Of a stretch of 64,000 bases of DNA, positions 38,081 through 51,595 are shown piece by piece. Below the pieces are notes generated by a model that had not been told where the DNA came from, ran no database searches, and saw nothing but the letters and a program-made list of their open reading frames with translations. This DNA is from Eledone cirrhosa. Taxonomy: Eukaryota. Both the position numbers and the translations under genes were made by a program. Positions within the stretch are counted from its first letter, which is position 1. Each line of letters opens with the position of its first letter. The stretch covers positions 152,334,001-152,398,000 of the forward strand of contig OZ024741.1 in NCBI GenBank assembly GCA_964016885.1, read 5' to 3'.

Positions 38081-38769
38081 CTCATATTTGGGGGTCAATA
38101 TTTTGACGATTTACACCAACTTCAAATTCTATGTAAATAAGGTGCTAAAATATCTGGGGTGATTATTTCAAAATGAAACTTTTTTTCTACATTTACTATA
38201 TTGTCAAGAGTTTTATTTACACATTGCCTTAAAAACATTCCCAACAATTTTTATTATTATTTGAACTTTTTAATACATAAATATCCACTACACATATACA
38301 CATACACACATAAATATATACATGTGCTGACTGCTTTTCTCTGTGTCTTAATTATTCTTTTTCTTTTTATTTTGTTTTGTTTCATTTCATTCACTCTCTC
38401 TTCTCTTGCCCTGTCCCTCTCTTTTTCTTGCTCTCTCTTCTTTCACTTGCTATCTTTTCATTCCCATTCTACTCTGAATCTTTAAACAGTATTCTCCTAG
38501 TTGACCCCTTTCAACTATTCCCTATTCAAAACTGTGCCATGTGTTGATTAGCTGCCTCAGCTTATAAACAGGGTTTGAATTTTTGCCCATTTCTCAGACA
38601 TAAAATAGGGGTCCCAGCTTATATTTGAGTATATATCGTATATAAAGGCAAAGGATAACAGATAAAAGAAAATAATGTTTTACCCATTGTATTTCAGCAT
38701 GATATTTCAAAACAAAATGATCAATCGATCATGTGTTTTTCCTTAAATGGTCCAAGTGTCTAAAATACG

Positions 38770-41505
38770 CATCATCATCGTTTTACGTCCGTTCTTCCAT
38801 GCTAGCATGGGTTAGACGGGTTGTCCTGTTGTGGGCAGTGTCTGGTCGGCTGACCATGCCTTGCTGATACAGGAACTGATTTTGGCTTGGTTTCTACAGC
38901 TGGATGCCCTTCCTAACACCAACCTCATTTACAGTGAGTGCTGGGTGCTTTTTTCCGTGGCGCCTACACGTCCACTTTACAGTGTGGGCTGGGTGCTTTT
39001 TTGCCGTGGCACCACCACGACCACTTTGCAGTGGAAGGGTATGGGGGCATATTGTCTATATGCTTCAGCTTGTACCCATGGGAGGTCGGGTACTCTGTAT
39101 TACTGCGTGACGCCAGAGGTCACGGTCGTGTGTCATCGCCTTTGAGAGGTGCAACTGGGTAAGGTTGGCCCCTATCACCTCATCCCAGGTCTTCTTGGGT
39201 CTCCACTCCGCGGCTTCCATTGACTTCTAGTGCTCTGCACCTTTTTATGCAGCTGTCATCCTTCATACGCATCACATGTCCATACCAACGCATCCACCTC
39301 TCCTGCACACAGCATTTGATTCCTCTGATGCTCAGCCTCTCTCTCAATTCATTTTTGCTTTGCCGTTCGCGTATATTACTATTACACATCCATCGGAGCA
39401 TGCAGGCTTCGTTTCTTTCTAATCTACGTAAGTCTTCCACCTTCAGCGCCAGGTCTCACTACCATGTAACATTGCTGTTCGGATACACGCATCATACAGT
39501 CTGCCTTTCATTTTGAGGGAGAAGCTTTTTGCAGCTAGCAGTGGCAGTAGTTCCCTGAACTTCTTCCACTAGTTATTGTACTTTCTGAACACCCACCTCC
39601 GCTGCTAATTCGGTCACCTAGGTAGCAGAAGCTGTCTACTGTTTCTACAGAGCCCTCCCAGAGATTGGTGGTACTTGTTTCCTGTGGCTGTTTGCTGCTT
39701 GCTGTCCCAGCACAGCTGCTACATGTGAAGCCTACATTCTTAATTAAGCTTCCTGAGATCCCGCTACATCTCTTGTGTAGCCATTGTTTGCATTTGGGGC
39801 AGAGAATGGAGTTCCTACCTACACCTTTCCTACATACTGAGCAAGGCCATTTCCCTGAGGGGATCTGGGTTCTGTTTTCTCGTCTACTTACAAGGACCTT
39901 AGTCTTTGTCATGTTGACTTTGAGACCCTTTCTTTCTAGTCCCTGCTTCCAAGTTTGGAATTTCTTCTCTAGTTCTACCATCGATTCAGCTATAAGTGCG
40001 AGGTCATCAGCATACAGGAGTTCCCATGGGCATCCGGTCTTAAACTCCTCCGTTATTGCCTGCAGGACTATGCTGAACAGGAGAGGGCTAAGAACAGAGC
40101 CCTGGTGGACACCAACCTGTATGCTAAATTCCTCGCTATACTCATTGCTAATCCTAACTTTGCTGACTGCTCCCCTATACATGGCTTGTACAGCTTTCAC
40201 AAGCCATTCATCTACTCCTAGTTTTCTAAGAGCCCACCAGATTATAGCACGTGGAACTCTGTCAAAGGCTTTCTCGAGATCGACGAATGCCAGGTAGAGT
40301 GGCTTACTTTTAGCTAGGTACTTTTCCTGTAACTGCCTCACAAGGAAGAGGGCATCAGTGGTGCCTCTTCCTGGTACAAACCCAAATTGCATCTCATCTA
40401 GTTTCACCCGGTCCCTAATCAACTGTGCTATAACTCTTTCTGTTACTTTCATGACCTGGTCCATCAGCTTCAAACCTCTATAGTTTCCTCTATCTAGTGC
40501 ATCACCTTTAGCTTTGTAGCAGTTGACAATGATGCTACTGCACCAATCTTTTGGTATGACACCTAGTATTACCTGGTTAACAATACGTGTGGTTATAGTG
40601 TGACCTACAGACCCAGATGCCTTCAGCATCTCGGCAGCTATACCCGATGGACCGGTTGCCTTCCCCATCTTCATATCTTTGATTGCCTTACTTACTACGC
40701 TGCTGCTGACTTGTACTGCTGGCCCCTCTATAGGGTCTACTTGGGGTAGGGTCTCTTCTTCCCATGCATTCTCCTCATTTAGTAATCTATCATAATGGCT
40801 CTTCCATGCATCTTTCTTCTCAGCACTTGTGAGGGCAAGCTCACCTTTATCATTTCGGATACACTTCTCTCCAATGACATCACAATTCTCTCTGACACAC
40901 TGCCTCGCAATCTTGAACACCTGTTTCTGGTCCTCACGTTGCAAAACATGCTTGAATTTTCTATCCTCCGCTTCCCTTCTAGCTAACTATACTTGTCGCC
41001 TAGCTTCGCTGCTGGTCTCTATGTAATGTACCCTGCTTACCCCATTCTTCCATTCTTTCCATGCCTGTCTCTTGGCCTTAACTGCCTCATCTACCTTATT
41101 GTTCCACCACCAAGTCACTCTCCTCCTGCTTGTGGTCTTACTCCAGCCACAGATCTCATCCGTCGCCTCTAGAAAGTTATTTTTTAGGAACTCCCAGTGC
41201 TCTTCTACATTGAATGTTTATCTGTTCTTCTTTACTGTCGTAGGCATTGAGTAAAATATCTTTAAATCTGTTACTGGCTGAGGGGTCTTTCAGCTTCCTG
41301 ATCTTTCTTCTCCAGGTTGGCCTCTGCTTCCAGGTTCGTCCAGTTCTGACCGTGAGGTCGCTGACAACTAAGCTATGTTGGGAGGTACATTCCTCACTAG
41401 GGAAGGCTTTTGTGTTTACGACCGTCCATCTGTCACGTCCTCTGATGAGGATAAAATCTATCTGACTAGAATGCTCCCCTGATCTATAGGTGATCAGGTG
41501 GTTGT
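38770..41505 (-). mobile_element. RTE-A copy 3 (divergent subfamily), 5'-truncated, with zinc finger at 39712-39843 and 3' UTR at 38770-39170
   Basis: ORF 39535..40944 has AFVDLEKAFD, QGSVLSPLLF, LLYADD, CSVC..CPKC..HKRC..CSSC and FCYLG. Terminal ccatgctagcatgg stem and (GAT)n tail. Confidence 0.93.
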
Positions 41506-42748
41506 CGTATAGTATACTATCCATTATAATAGCCAATCCACTTTGTGCATTTCCAATCTATTATTTATTTGTGGCTGCTTCTTAATGATACTTAAATTTC
41601 CCACATTCTGTTCTGTTACCTCTCTGGTGATCTCAATCTCTTGGCTGTGGCATCTGTCAAGAGTTTTTTTTTACTGAAGATGCTCTCATTATGTTCATTG
41701 ATCATATATGCAGCATCCAAATGGTACTTCCGATGTATGAGAAGCTACATTGTTTATATTGAAACTTGTAGACCACATACATTCATGTACACTTCAACCA
41801 GTTAGATCACACTTAGGGAAGAACACATTGATCATTCATTTTGTTTTGTACTCTTTTCATTTTACATTTGAAAAGCAGGTAATAGACCTGGTATATCTTG
41901 TTGAAATATACCAAATAAAACATTTTGTTTCGTTTAATTTGCCATCCTTTGCCCTTCTGCTGCATTGTACTGACTTTCTGAAACTATTATTATTATTATA
42001 TATATTATACACTCATATACAACAGGTGTGTGTGTATATATATATATATATATAATAAATATATATACTCATATACGTGTGTGTGTGTGTGTAATACATA
42101 TGTATTATACATATATGCACTTATACACATGTGCCATCATTTAATATCCATTTTCCATGCTAGCATGAGCAGGTCAGGCTGTCCCTTTGTGTGTGAGAGA
42201 GAGAGCAGGGGGTATGTGCGTGTATACATACACACACCTATACATCATATATATATAGAGACATATACAACACACATACTCAACATATATACACACACAT
42301 ACACAATACATACATCTATTGTTTCCATTAGACTACCCAACCTCACATCGTCAACATATAATATTGGGGGTGTAATATCTTACAACCACTCTCATACATA
42401 CATGGACCTAGCAAGGCCAAATGAATGGTTAAGAAGTTTGCTTCACAATCATTAGGTTCCAGGTTCAATCCTACTATGTGGCATCTTGGACAAATCTAGA
42501 CTCAACCCATGCCCTGTAAGTGAAAGTGAGTAGACAGAAATTGCTTGAAATCCAATCAAATTGACTGTAACTGTCACACACTGTGTCATGCCGAATCTCC
42601 CCGAGTATTACGCTATAGATACACGTGTCTGGAATGTTTATCCACTACTTACACATTAACTTCATGAGCAGGGTGTCCCATTGATTGAAGAACTGGAACA
42701 CAAATTGTCAAAACCGATGGAGGTCCATTCCATTCCACATATATACAT

Positions 42749-43232
42749 TTAGCCCTTTTCTTACCATATTTCTAATGACATACACTGAAGCTATATGTAT
42801 AAAAAAATTTGAAAATTTTCAGGAATTTGAAGGATTTAGTGAAATAACCCACTTTTTAATTATCAGGTGTTTGGAACTTAAAAGGTTTACATAAAACAAA
42901 TTATAATGGAAAGTTTTACATTAAATATATTTTAAAATGTGACATTTCGTATCATAGAATCAGGAGTGGGTCGATACAAAAAGCACTAACTCTCATTATA
43001 TTTCTAATAAAAGATACTGCCGATGGCTTTCACATAATTTTGAAAATAATCAAGAATTTGGAGGGATTTTGTAAGAAATTTTCATTATTTAGCTGGAGTT
43101 TGGAACCTAGCAATGGTTCTTACATAAAATGTTGGTGGAAGAGTTTTAGATAAATATAGACACTTCAAAGCAAGCAGTTTTGTATCATAGAACTAGGTCC
43201 AGTTTCAGATGGCTTGGTATCAAAAGAGTTAA
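42749..43232. mobile_element. TTAA-type (piggyBac-like) MITE with an internal direct duplication
   Basis: ttag|cccttttcttacca ... tggtatcaaaagag|ttaa (TIRs match 11/14). About 42815-42965 resembles about 43050-43195. A related left-end fragment lies at about 60771. Confidence 0.45.
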
Positions 43233-43619
43233 AACATCCCTCATATGTACTATTACTATCACCACCACCCTTTCATCTGTCCTATTTCATAGAGGAACGT
43301 GGTCAAAGAAATATTCAGCCAGTATGCTAGCCAACCTACAGCAAGCAGAAACAACAACAAAGTTTCAATCTCCATTATTATTTCATGTTTGCTTTCCATG
43401 CTGGCATTGGTTAGACAAATTGTCAGTCTAAAACTAAATAGGTAGGAGAGAGCTCATCTTACCCATATGTTCCATATTTGGCATGATTTCTATGGCTGGA
43501 TGCCCTTTATAATGCCAACCACTGCACAGTGTACCATTTATCAGGGCACCTACATTACCACTTCACAAGTGTAGAGTACATTTTATTGTGAAGTGGTGTT
43601 GGTGGTGGCAGTGATAATG

Positions 43620-45320
43620 TGGTTGTGGTGGTGATGGTGGTGGTGATGGTGGTGGTGATGGTGGTGGTGATGGTGGTGGTGATGGTGGTGGTGATGGTGG
43701 TGGTGATGGTGGTGGTGATGGTGGTGGTGATGGTGGCGGCGATGTGGTGTGGTGATGTGGTGTGGTGATGTGGTGGTGATGGTGATGTGGTGGTGGTGGT
43801 GTGGTGGTGGTGATGTGGTGTGGTGGTGATGATGTGGTGTGGTGGTGATGATGTGGTGTGGTGGTGATGATGTGGTGTGGTGGTGATGATGTGGTGTGGT
43901 GGTGATGATGTGGTGTGGTGGTGATGATGTGGTGTGGTGGTGATGATGTGGTGTGGTGGTGATGATGTGGTGTGGTGGTGATGATGATGAGGTGGTGATG
44001 ATGATGAGGTGGTGAGGTGGTGGTGATGTGATGGCGGTGGTGGTGGTGATGTGGTGGTGGTGGTGATGTGGTGGTGGTGATGTGGTGGTGGTGGTGGTGG
44101 TGATGATGATGTGGTGGTGGTGGTGATGATGTGGTGGTGGTGGTGATGATGTGGTGGTGGTGGTGATGATGTGGTGGTGGTGGTGGTGATGTGGTGATGT
44201 GGTGGTGATGATGTGGTGGTGGTGGTGGTGATGTGGTGGTGGTGATGATGTGGTGGTGGTGATGTGGTGGTGGTGATGTGGTGGTGGTGGTGATGATGTG
44301 GTGGTGGTGGTGGTGGTGATGTGGTGGTGGTGATGTGGTGGTGGTGGTGGTGGTGATGTGGTGGTGATGTGGTGGTGGTGGTGGTGATGTGGTGGTGGTG
44401 GTGGTGGTGGTGGTGATGTGGTGATGTGGTAATGTGGTGATGGTGGTGGTGGTGGTGGTGATGTGGTGGTGGTGGTGGTGATGTGGTGGTGGTGGTGATG
44501 TGGTAATGTGGTGATGTGGTGATGTGGTGGTGGTGGTGGTGATGTGGTAATGTGGTGATGGTGGTGGTGGTGATGTGGTGATGTGGTGATGTGGTGATGT
44601 GGTGGTGGTGATGTGGTGGTGGTGGTGATGTGGTGGTGATGTGGTGGTGATGTGGTGGTGGTGATGTGGTGGTGATGTGGTGATGTGGTGGTGTGGTGGT
44701 GGTGGTGATGTGGTGGTGGTGGTGATGTGGTGGTGGTGGTGATGTGGTGGTGGTGGTGATGTGGTGGTGGTGGTGATGTGGTGGTGGTGGTGATGTGGTG
44801 GTGGTGGTGGTGATGTGGTGATGATGTGGTGATTTGGTGATTTGGTGATGTGGTGGTGGTGATGCAGTGGCAGTGGTGGTGGTGATGTGGTGGTGGTGGT
44901 GATGTGGTGGTGGTGGTGATGTGGTGGTGGTGATGTGGTGGTGGTGGTGATGTGGTGGTGGTGGTGATGTGGTGGTGGTGGTGATGTGGTGGTGGTGATG
45001 GTGATGTGGTGGTGGTGATGATGATGTGGTGGTGGTGATGATGATGTGGTGGTGGTGATGATGATGTGGTGGTGGTGGTGGTGATGATGTGGTGGTGGTG
45101 ATGTGGTGGTGATGTGGTGGTGGTGGTGATGTGGTGGTGGTGGTGATGATGTGGTGGTGGTGATGTGATGGTGGTGATGTAGTGGTGGTGGTGGTGGTGA
45201 TGTGGTGGTGGTGGTGATGCAGTGGTGGTGGTGATGCAGTGGTGGTGGTGGTGATGCAGTGGTGGTGGTGATGCAGTGGTGGTGGTGATGCAGTGGTGGT
45301 GGTGATGTGGTGGTGGTAGA
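43620..45320. repeat. 1.7-kb (GGT/GAT/GT)n compound microsatellite
   Basis: Direct inspection; source of the His/Pro/Thr-rich ORFs. Confidence 0.97.
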
Positions 45321-46080
45321 ACTAGGAAAAATTGAGTGAGGACAATTGTTGATCTTTGTGTCCATTCTGTTGAGTCATTGTAACAGTAGAATAGAGAGAG
45401 TGAGAGAGGAGAGAGAGGAGAGAGAGAATGTGACAGAGGGAGAGAGAAAGAGGTGAGTGTGGCAGGAGGGGGAGAAAAAGAGATGTAGGGAGACAGAAAG
45501 TGAGGGAGATTGGGGCATAATCTGAGAAAAAGAGATGAGAGGGTGGCAGAGGCCAAGGGAGTGAGAGATGAAAAGAGAAAATAAATCTGCAAAATTAAAC
45601 AATAACAGCAACAACAACAGGAAGAACTAACAAAACAATAAACTATCACCCCATCTACTAACAGGCAGAGGAGGAGGAAAGAGAGGAGAAGGAAGGAGAG
45701 GAGGAAGAGTGAATCAAAACCAGGAAACAATTAGAGGAGAGAGAGGAAGGCAAACTGGAAACCAGCCAAAATGAAAAGAAAAACAAGGAAAATGGACAAC
45801 ATATTCTGTTACTGGTTTCAGTCATTAGTCTGTGACCATGCTAGCATCAGACTTGAAGGAATTCAATTGATTATATAAACCCCAGTGTTTATTTTTTCAG
45901 GTTTGACCCTTATTTTATGATCTGCTTTTTTGTTCAACAGCTAAGTTCAAAAATAAAAACAGCTGCATACATGTGAATGTATGGATCTGTGACTCCTGGG
46001 GGATAGTAGGGGTGCCATCATGGCAGACAATAAATCTAAGGCACTTTGAACCTGCCAAAGCCCACCCCTTTCCAGGTCTG

Positions 46081-46116
<36 letters not shown>

Positions 46117-46321
46117 ATTCAGAGGAAGAATTAACTCCAATACTAGACTGGTCAACCTTGTAAAGATGAAAGGCAAAGTTGACTTTGGAGGGATTTGTAC
46201 TCAGAGAAAGCAAAGAGCCAGAACAAATACCTCAAAACAAACTCTTTAACCACACTACCATGCCTATACTTGTTAATATAATAAACTAATAAATAAACCA
46301 ACAAAATAAATAAATAAATAC

Positions 46322-46544
46322 TTGTTTCTACATTTGGCACAAGGCCAGCAATTACCCAGTGTATTACTGGTACTTTATTTTATTGACCCCGAAAGGATGA
46401 AAGGCAAAGTTAACCTCGGCGGGATTTGAACTCAGAATGGCAAGGGCCGTAACTCTATGCGTCAAAGCATGGCGTCCGACCCTCTACCGATACTGCCGAC
46501 CCTCTACCGATACTGCCGACCCTCTACCGATACTGCCGACCCTC
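46322..46544 (-). mobile_element. Young Meta-like SINE with a triplicated 20-bp head segment
   Basis: Near-identical to 62847-63037. ccgaccctctaccgatactg occurs 3 times at 46476-46535. Confidence 0.88.
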
Positions 46545-46694
46545 CAAATAATGAGGGGGAAAAAAGAGGTAAGCAAAAGGAAGGGATCGCCTCAAATCCC
46601 CAAATATGTAATGGTGATGGCAGTAGTGATGAGAGTGGTAGAAACCTTTCACTGTTTAGGTGGACCACTGCAGGGGGGGTGACATAGAAAGGAT

Positions 46695-46847
46695 GGACAG
46701 ATAGAGAGAGATAGAGAGATAGAGAGAGAAGAGAGAGAGAGATAGCGAGAGAAGAGAGAGAGAGATAGAGAGAGGAGAGATAGAGAGAGGAGAGAGAGAG
46801 AGAGGAGAGAGAGAGAGAGGAGAGAGAGAGAGAGGAGAGAGAGAGAG

Positions 46848-46881
<34 letters not shown>

Positions 46882-46916
46882 AAGAGAGAGAAGAGAGAGA
46901 GAGAGAGAAGAGAGAG

Positions 46917-46978
<62 letters not shown>

Positions 46979-47084
46979 GAAAGAGAGAGAAAGAGAGAGC
47001 GAGAGCGAGAGCGAGAGAGAGAGAGAGAAAGAGAAGAGAGAGAGAGATAGAGAGAGAGAGAAGAGAGAGAGAGATAGAGAGAGA

Positions 47085-47147
<63 letters not shown>

Positions 47148-47156
47148 AAGAGAGAT

Positions 47157-47187
<31 letters not shown>

Positions 47188-48700
47188 GAGAGATGAGAGA
47201 GAGAGAGCGAGAGAGAGCGAGAGCGAGAGAGAGAGAGAAGAGACAGACAGACAGAGAGAAGAGAGAGACAGACAGAGAGAAGAGAGAGAGACAGACAGAG
47301 AGAAAAGAGAGACAGACAGACAGAGAGAAGAGAGAGACAGACAGACAGAGAGAAGAGAGAGACAGACAGACAGACAGAGAGAAGAGAGAGAAGAGAGACA
47401 GACAGAGAGAAGAGAGAGAAGAGAGACAGATAGAGAGAAGAGAGACAGATAGAGAGAAGAGAGACAGATAGAGAGAAGAGAGACAGATAGAGAGAAGAGA
47501 GACAGATAGAGAGAAGAGAGACAGATACAGAGAAGAGAGACAGATAGAGAGAGAGAAGAGAGAGAGAGAGGAGAGAAGAGAGAGAGAGAGGAGAGAAGAG
47601 AGAGAGAGAGGAGAGAAGAGAGAGAGAGAGGAGAGAAGAGAGAGAGAGGAGAGAGAGAGAGGAGAGAGAGAGAGAGGAGAGAGAGAGAGAGGAGAGAGAG
47701 GAGAGAGAGGAGAGAGAGGAGGGAGAGAGAGAGAGAGGAAGAGGAGAGAGAGATAGAAAGAAGAGAGACAGAGATAGAAGAGAGAGACAGAGATAGAAGA
47801 GAGAGACAGAGATAGAAGAGAGAGACAGAGATAGAAGAGAGAGACAGAGATAGAAGAGAGAGACAGAGATAGAAGAGAGAGACAGAGATAGAAGAGAGAG
47901 ACAGAGATAGAAGAGAGAGACAGAGATAGAAGAGAGAGACAGATAGAAGAGAGAGACAGATAGAAGAGAGAGACAGATAGAAGAGAGAGACAGATAGAAG
48001 AGAGAGACAGATAGAAGAGAGAGACAGATAGAAGAGAGAGACAGATAGATAGAAGAGACAGATAGATATGTTTCTTTATTAGCCACAGGGGCACAAAAGA
48101 AGGGGACAAATACAAAGGGGGAAGTTTACATACAATAAAAACGTGTAAAATGTTATCACAGATGGAATTTAAAAGTTAGTCGATTTTCCCCAATAGGGGG
48201 AGACAGTTCATATGGGTAACACATACCCCCGAAAAAATGTGAAACCCTCATCTCCAGGAGTACGAAGAGTTTGTACTCCTTTCCTCTCCTCTTTTCCTCA
48301 ACCTACAGGCTGATATAGAGAGAAGGCCCATTCACTCGGGCCATTCTCGCCACTTTCACCCACCTTTCATAAAACTTGCTGGGGTACAGCACCTCTCTCT
48401 CCATCCTGATTCTTCTTCCAAAGTGGTATTTGAAAAAAAGAATCAGTTGTTGAAGAGACAGATAGATAGATAGATAGAGAAAAGAGAGAGACAGATAGAT
48501 AGAGAGAAGAGAGAGACAGGCAGAGAGAGAGACAGGCAGACAGGGTGAAGACAGGGAGAAGAGAGGAAGAGCGAGAGAAAGATAGGAGGACAGAAGGAGG
48601 GAGAGAAGGAGGGAGAGAGGGAGAGAAAGAGATAGGGACAGTAAAGGAGAGAAAGAGTTGAGGAGAAAGAGAGGAAAAGAGAGATGAGGAGAAAGAGAGG
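46695..48700. repeat. 2-kb (GA)n-derived compound microsatellite interrupted by a LINE 3' end
   Basis: Direct inspection. Confidence 0.95.
48068..48455 (-). mobile_element. 5'-truncated Tx1/L1-clade LINE 3' end inside the GA/TC array
   Basis: The minus strand encodes LFFKYHFGRRIRMEREVLYPSKFYERWVKVARM*, resembling the Tx1/L1 ORF2 C-terminal F..RW motif. About 230 nt of 3' UTR follow, ending gtggctAATAAAgaaacata directly into the TC-rich repeat. Confidence 0.6.
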
Positions 48701-50882
48701 TGCAGTAGATGTATAAGGTATGTAAAATAAACCAGAAACCCTGCCGACACACCTGATGATAATTATTGTAATGCCCAGTATTAATAACTATTCAGTAATG
48801 TCAGTGGTAAGGGTGAGGGAGTGGAGGTGTTGGTGTCCAGTAATGTCAGGACAGAGGGCAACTGTTGTGGTTGATTGGTGTACAGCACAATAAAATATCT
48901 AACATGGGAGGACATGTAGAGCTAATGGTGGGGGTAGTGGTGGTCATGGCAGTAGTAGTGGTGGTGGTAGCTGTAATGACAATAGATATTTCAAGTCTAT
49001 GGCTAAAAATAACTTAATGACTTTGTTCTTAGCTTCTCCAGTCTGTTCAACTATTAAATTAAATCCATGTCTAAGAGAATACAACAGCTAACTGATGTAG
49101 TCAGTGAGAGCACTAGAAAAAAGTAGTGTGTTTCACGAAGCGTTCAAGATTGGAATGCTCATCTACCAAATGAGAGAGAATTATCTCTGCCAGACTGACC
49201 AAAACTAGAAATATTACTATAGGACTAAGCAATGAAGCAACCTACATGTGGTTTCTCAACATGTTGGAAATAGCAGCCAAATATCCCTTGAATCACATCA
49301 TTACCTTCTAAAAGGGAACAGCACATTGGATAGGGTAATCCTAGATACATTCTTCATCATTTAAAGTCCATTTCCCTGCTATCGAGGGTTGGAAAATTCA
49401 CCACCAATCAAGACAGTAGTTACTCGATCAAGACCTCTCAGATAGGCCAAGTAACCACATCTTGCTCACATGTGCTCCCACACTTTACAGAGTGCAACAG
49501 GTGCTTTTTATCAGAGATTGTCATGTCTTTGACACAACGGAAGGATCCTTCAGGCTCTGTTTAGTAAGTTTTCTATGACTGGATGCCCTTCCTATGACCA
49601 CCACCATGTATAAAAATATTTTTTTAAATGTGATTGTAAGATTTTGAGCAGCTCACAAGAACATACCCATATATAATAATTTGCAATGTGTTTTTATTTA
49701 CTATCACAAATGAAAGTAGGAGCGAAATGACAAAGTGAGTGATAATAGGAGTATAAAATTATGAGAGAGTTTTGAGTTTCAATAAGAATTATAGCAATAG
49801 TTGAAGTGATGTTTAAATAGAAAAAGCAGATGACAGTATCAGATGTAAAAGATATTATTTCAAAGATTTTCCAAAGTTTGGAAAGAAAAATGGTCTGAAG
49901 AACCTGTAGAAGAGGAAACTCCAGAGAAATAAGCCACAGGATTAGCTTTAATAAATTAATAATCTCTACTATGGCACTGAGTACTTGTTCTTACATTCAT
50001 CAATAACTAACAAACATTCATCAATAACTAACAAATATTTATATGATATATATAGAAATAAACACAGGAAATTGTGTGTGTAAAATTACGAGGGTTGAAA
50101 GACCACGTTGGTTTGACAGACTTTAACTGAAACAAACGGAAAACACAGGATATAATATATATATATATTCCCTTGCGAGCAGGGAAGAGCGGATGTAAAA
50201 TGATGATGATTATATATATATATATATATATTGTGTGTTTCTTAAATGATATACGACTCATTCTCTCACTCTAAATATATCTTTTATATTTAAATTTATA
50301 GATGATGATATATATATATACTGTACCATAGCACATGAAATGAGTGTGATTTTAACTACAAATAAGAAAATAGTGTGACTGGAGAGTTGTGATGAAGCAG
50401 GTATCAGCCATGTGCACAGTATTACAGTAGGAAGTGGCATACCAGTAATATAACCATGGTAATATATAGTAATTATGAGATATAAATTGATTGTACTGAA
50501 CTAATCATTTAGGTTTAATGGGTAAAAGTAAAAAAAAACAAGTGTTAACTATTTATAAGAGCTACGCAGCCTAGTTTATGGATTTTTTTTATTTACTAGA
50601 ATGTGTCTTGATGCATAGAATCAGGAATATTACTGTAATTCATCATGTGTTTGTTTTTATTCATTGAGAGATCAGTTGGGCTTCTGCTACTTATATGGTA
50701 CTTTGGATTCTAACTTGAATTTCAAGCCCCACAAAAGTAGTATCCATGTAATAGTCGTCCCCATAAATTTAACCATTAAAACATGGGCTAAAAAATTTGG
50801 CTTTTACACAAGAATATAAAGTATATGTGTATGTATGTGTGTTAGCATGAATGATGATGATGATATTATATATGTGTGTATC

Positions 50883-51006
50883 CCCGGTTCAATCAAGGGG
50901 TAACCACAGTAAGTAAGGTACTCAATACATAGAGTATATGTTTAATATGGAAATGGCTTCTACAGGACTAGAACTGTTTCATTCGAAGGAAATCATCAGG
51001 AAAGCC
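50883..51006 (-). mobile_element. Short repeat carrying a hammerhead ribozyme (Penelope-like terminus or retrozyme-like)
   Basis: Second copy at 32649-32764. Confidence 0.7.
50955..51006 (-). ncRNA. Type I hammerhead ribozyme candidate, core intact (atypical U10.1-U11.1)
   Basis: Minus strand: GGCUUUC-CUGAUGA-U-UUC(CUUC)GAA-U-GAAA-CAG(UUCUAGUC)CUG-UA|GAAGCC. Stems I, II and III all form, with a GUA cleavage triplet. Confidence 0.7.
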
Positions 51007-51123
51007 TACTGTCATTGTGATATGATGGTGTGGTGTGGTGTGGTGTGGTGTGGTGTGGTGTGGTGTGGTGTGGTGATATGGTAGTGTGATATGGTGTGGT
51101 GTGGTGATATGGTAGTGTGATAT

Positions 51124-51217
<94 letters not shown>

Positions 51218-51242
51218 CATACATACACACACACATATATAT

Positions 51243-51595
51243 GACACACGACCCTGACTCGATGACACGACCGTAACCCGATGACACATGACCGTGACCT
51301 CTGGCGTCAAGCAGTAATACAGAGACCCCAACCTCCCATGGGTACAAGCCGAAGCTGAAGCATATAGACAATATGCCCCCACACCCTCCCACTGTAAAGT
51401 GAACGTGCCACAGCAAAAAAGCACCCAGCACTCACTCTAAATGAGGTTGGTGTTAGGAAGGGCATCCAGCTGTAGAAATCAAGCCAAAATCAGTTCCTGC
51501 ATGAGCAAGGCATGGTCAGCCGACCAGACTGTTCACAACAGGACAACCCGTCTAACCCATGCTAGCATGGAAGAACGGACGTAAAACGGTGATGA

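Noticed and set aside
38900-39030. About 45-bp repeated hairpin units resembling a CRISPR array
   Set aside because: Only 2-3 degenerate units, no unique spacers and no cas genes; part of a LINE 3' UTR in eukaryotic DNA.
43563-45730. 600- and 715-aa His/Pro/Thr-rich ORFs
   Set aside because: Translations of a (GGT/GAT)n microsatellite that is open in several frames; there is no coding context.
46649-48115. Ser/Leu-rich 476- and 488-aa ORFs
   Set aside because: Translation of a (TC)n repeat.
48308-48425. Plus-strand exon after a strong acceptor (cctacag)
   Set aside because: Better explained as the antisense of a Tx1-like ORF end and 3' UTR.
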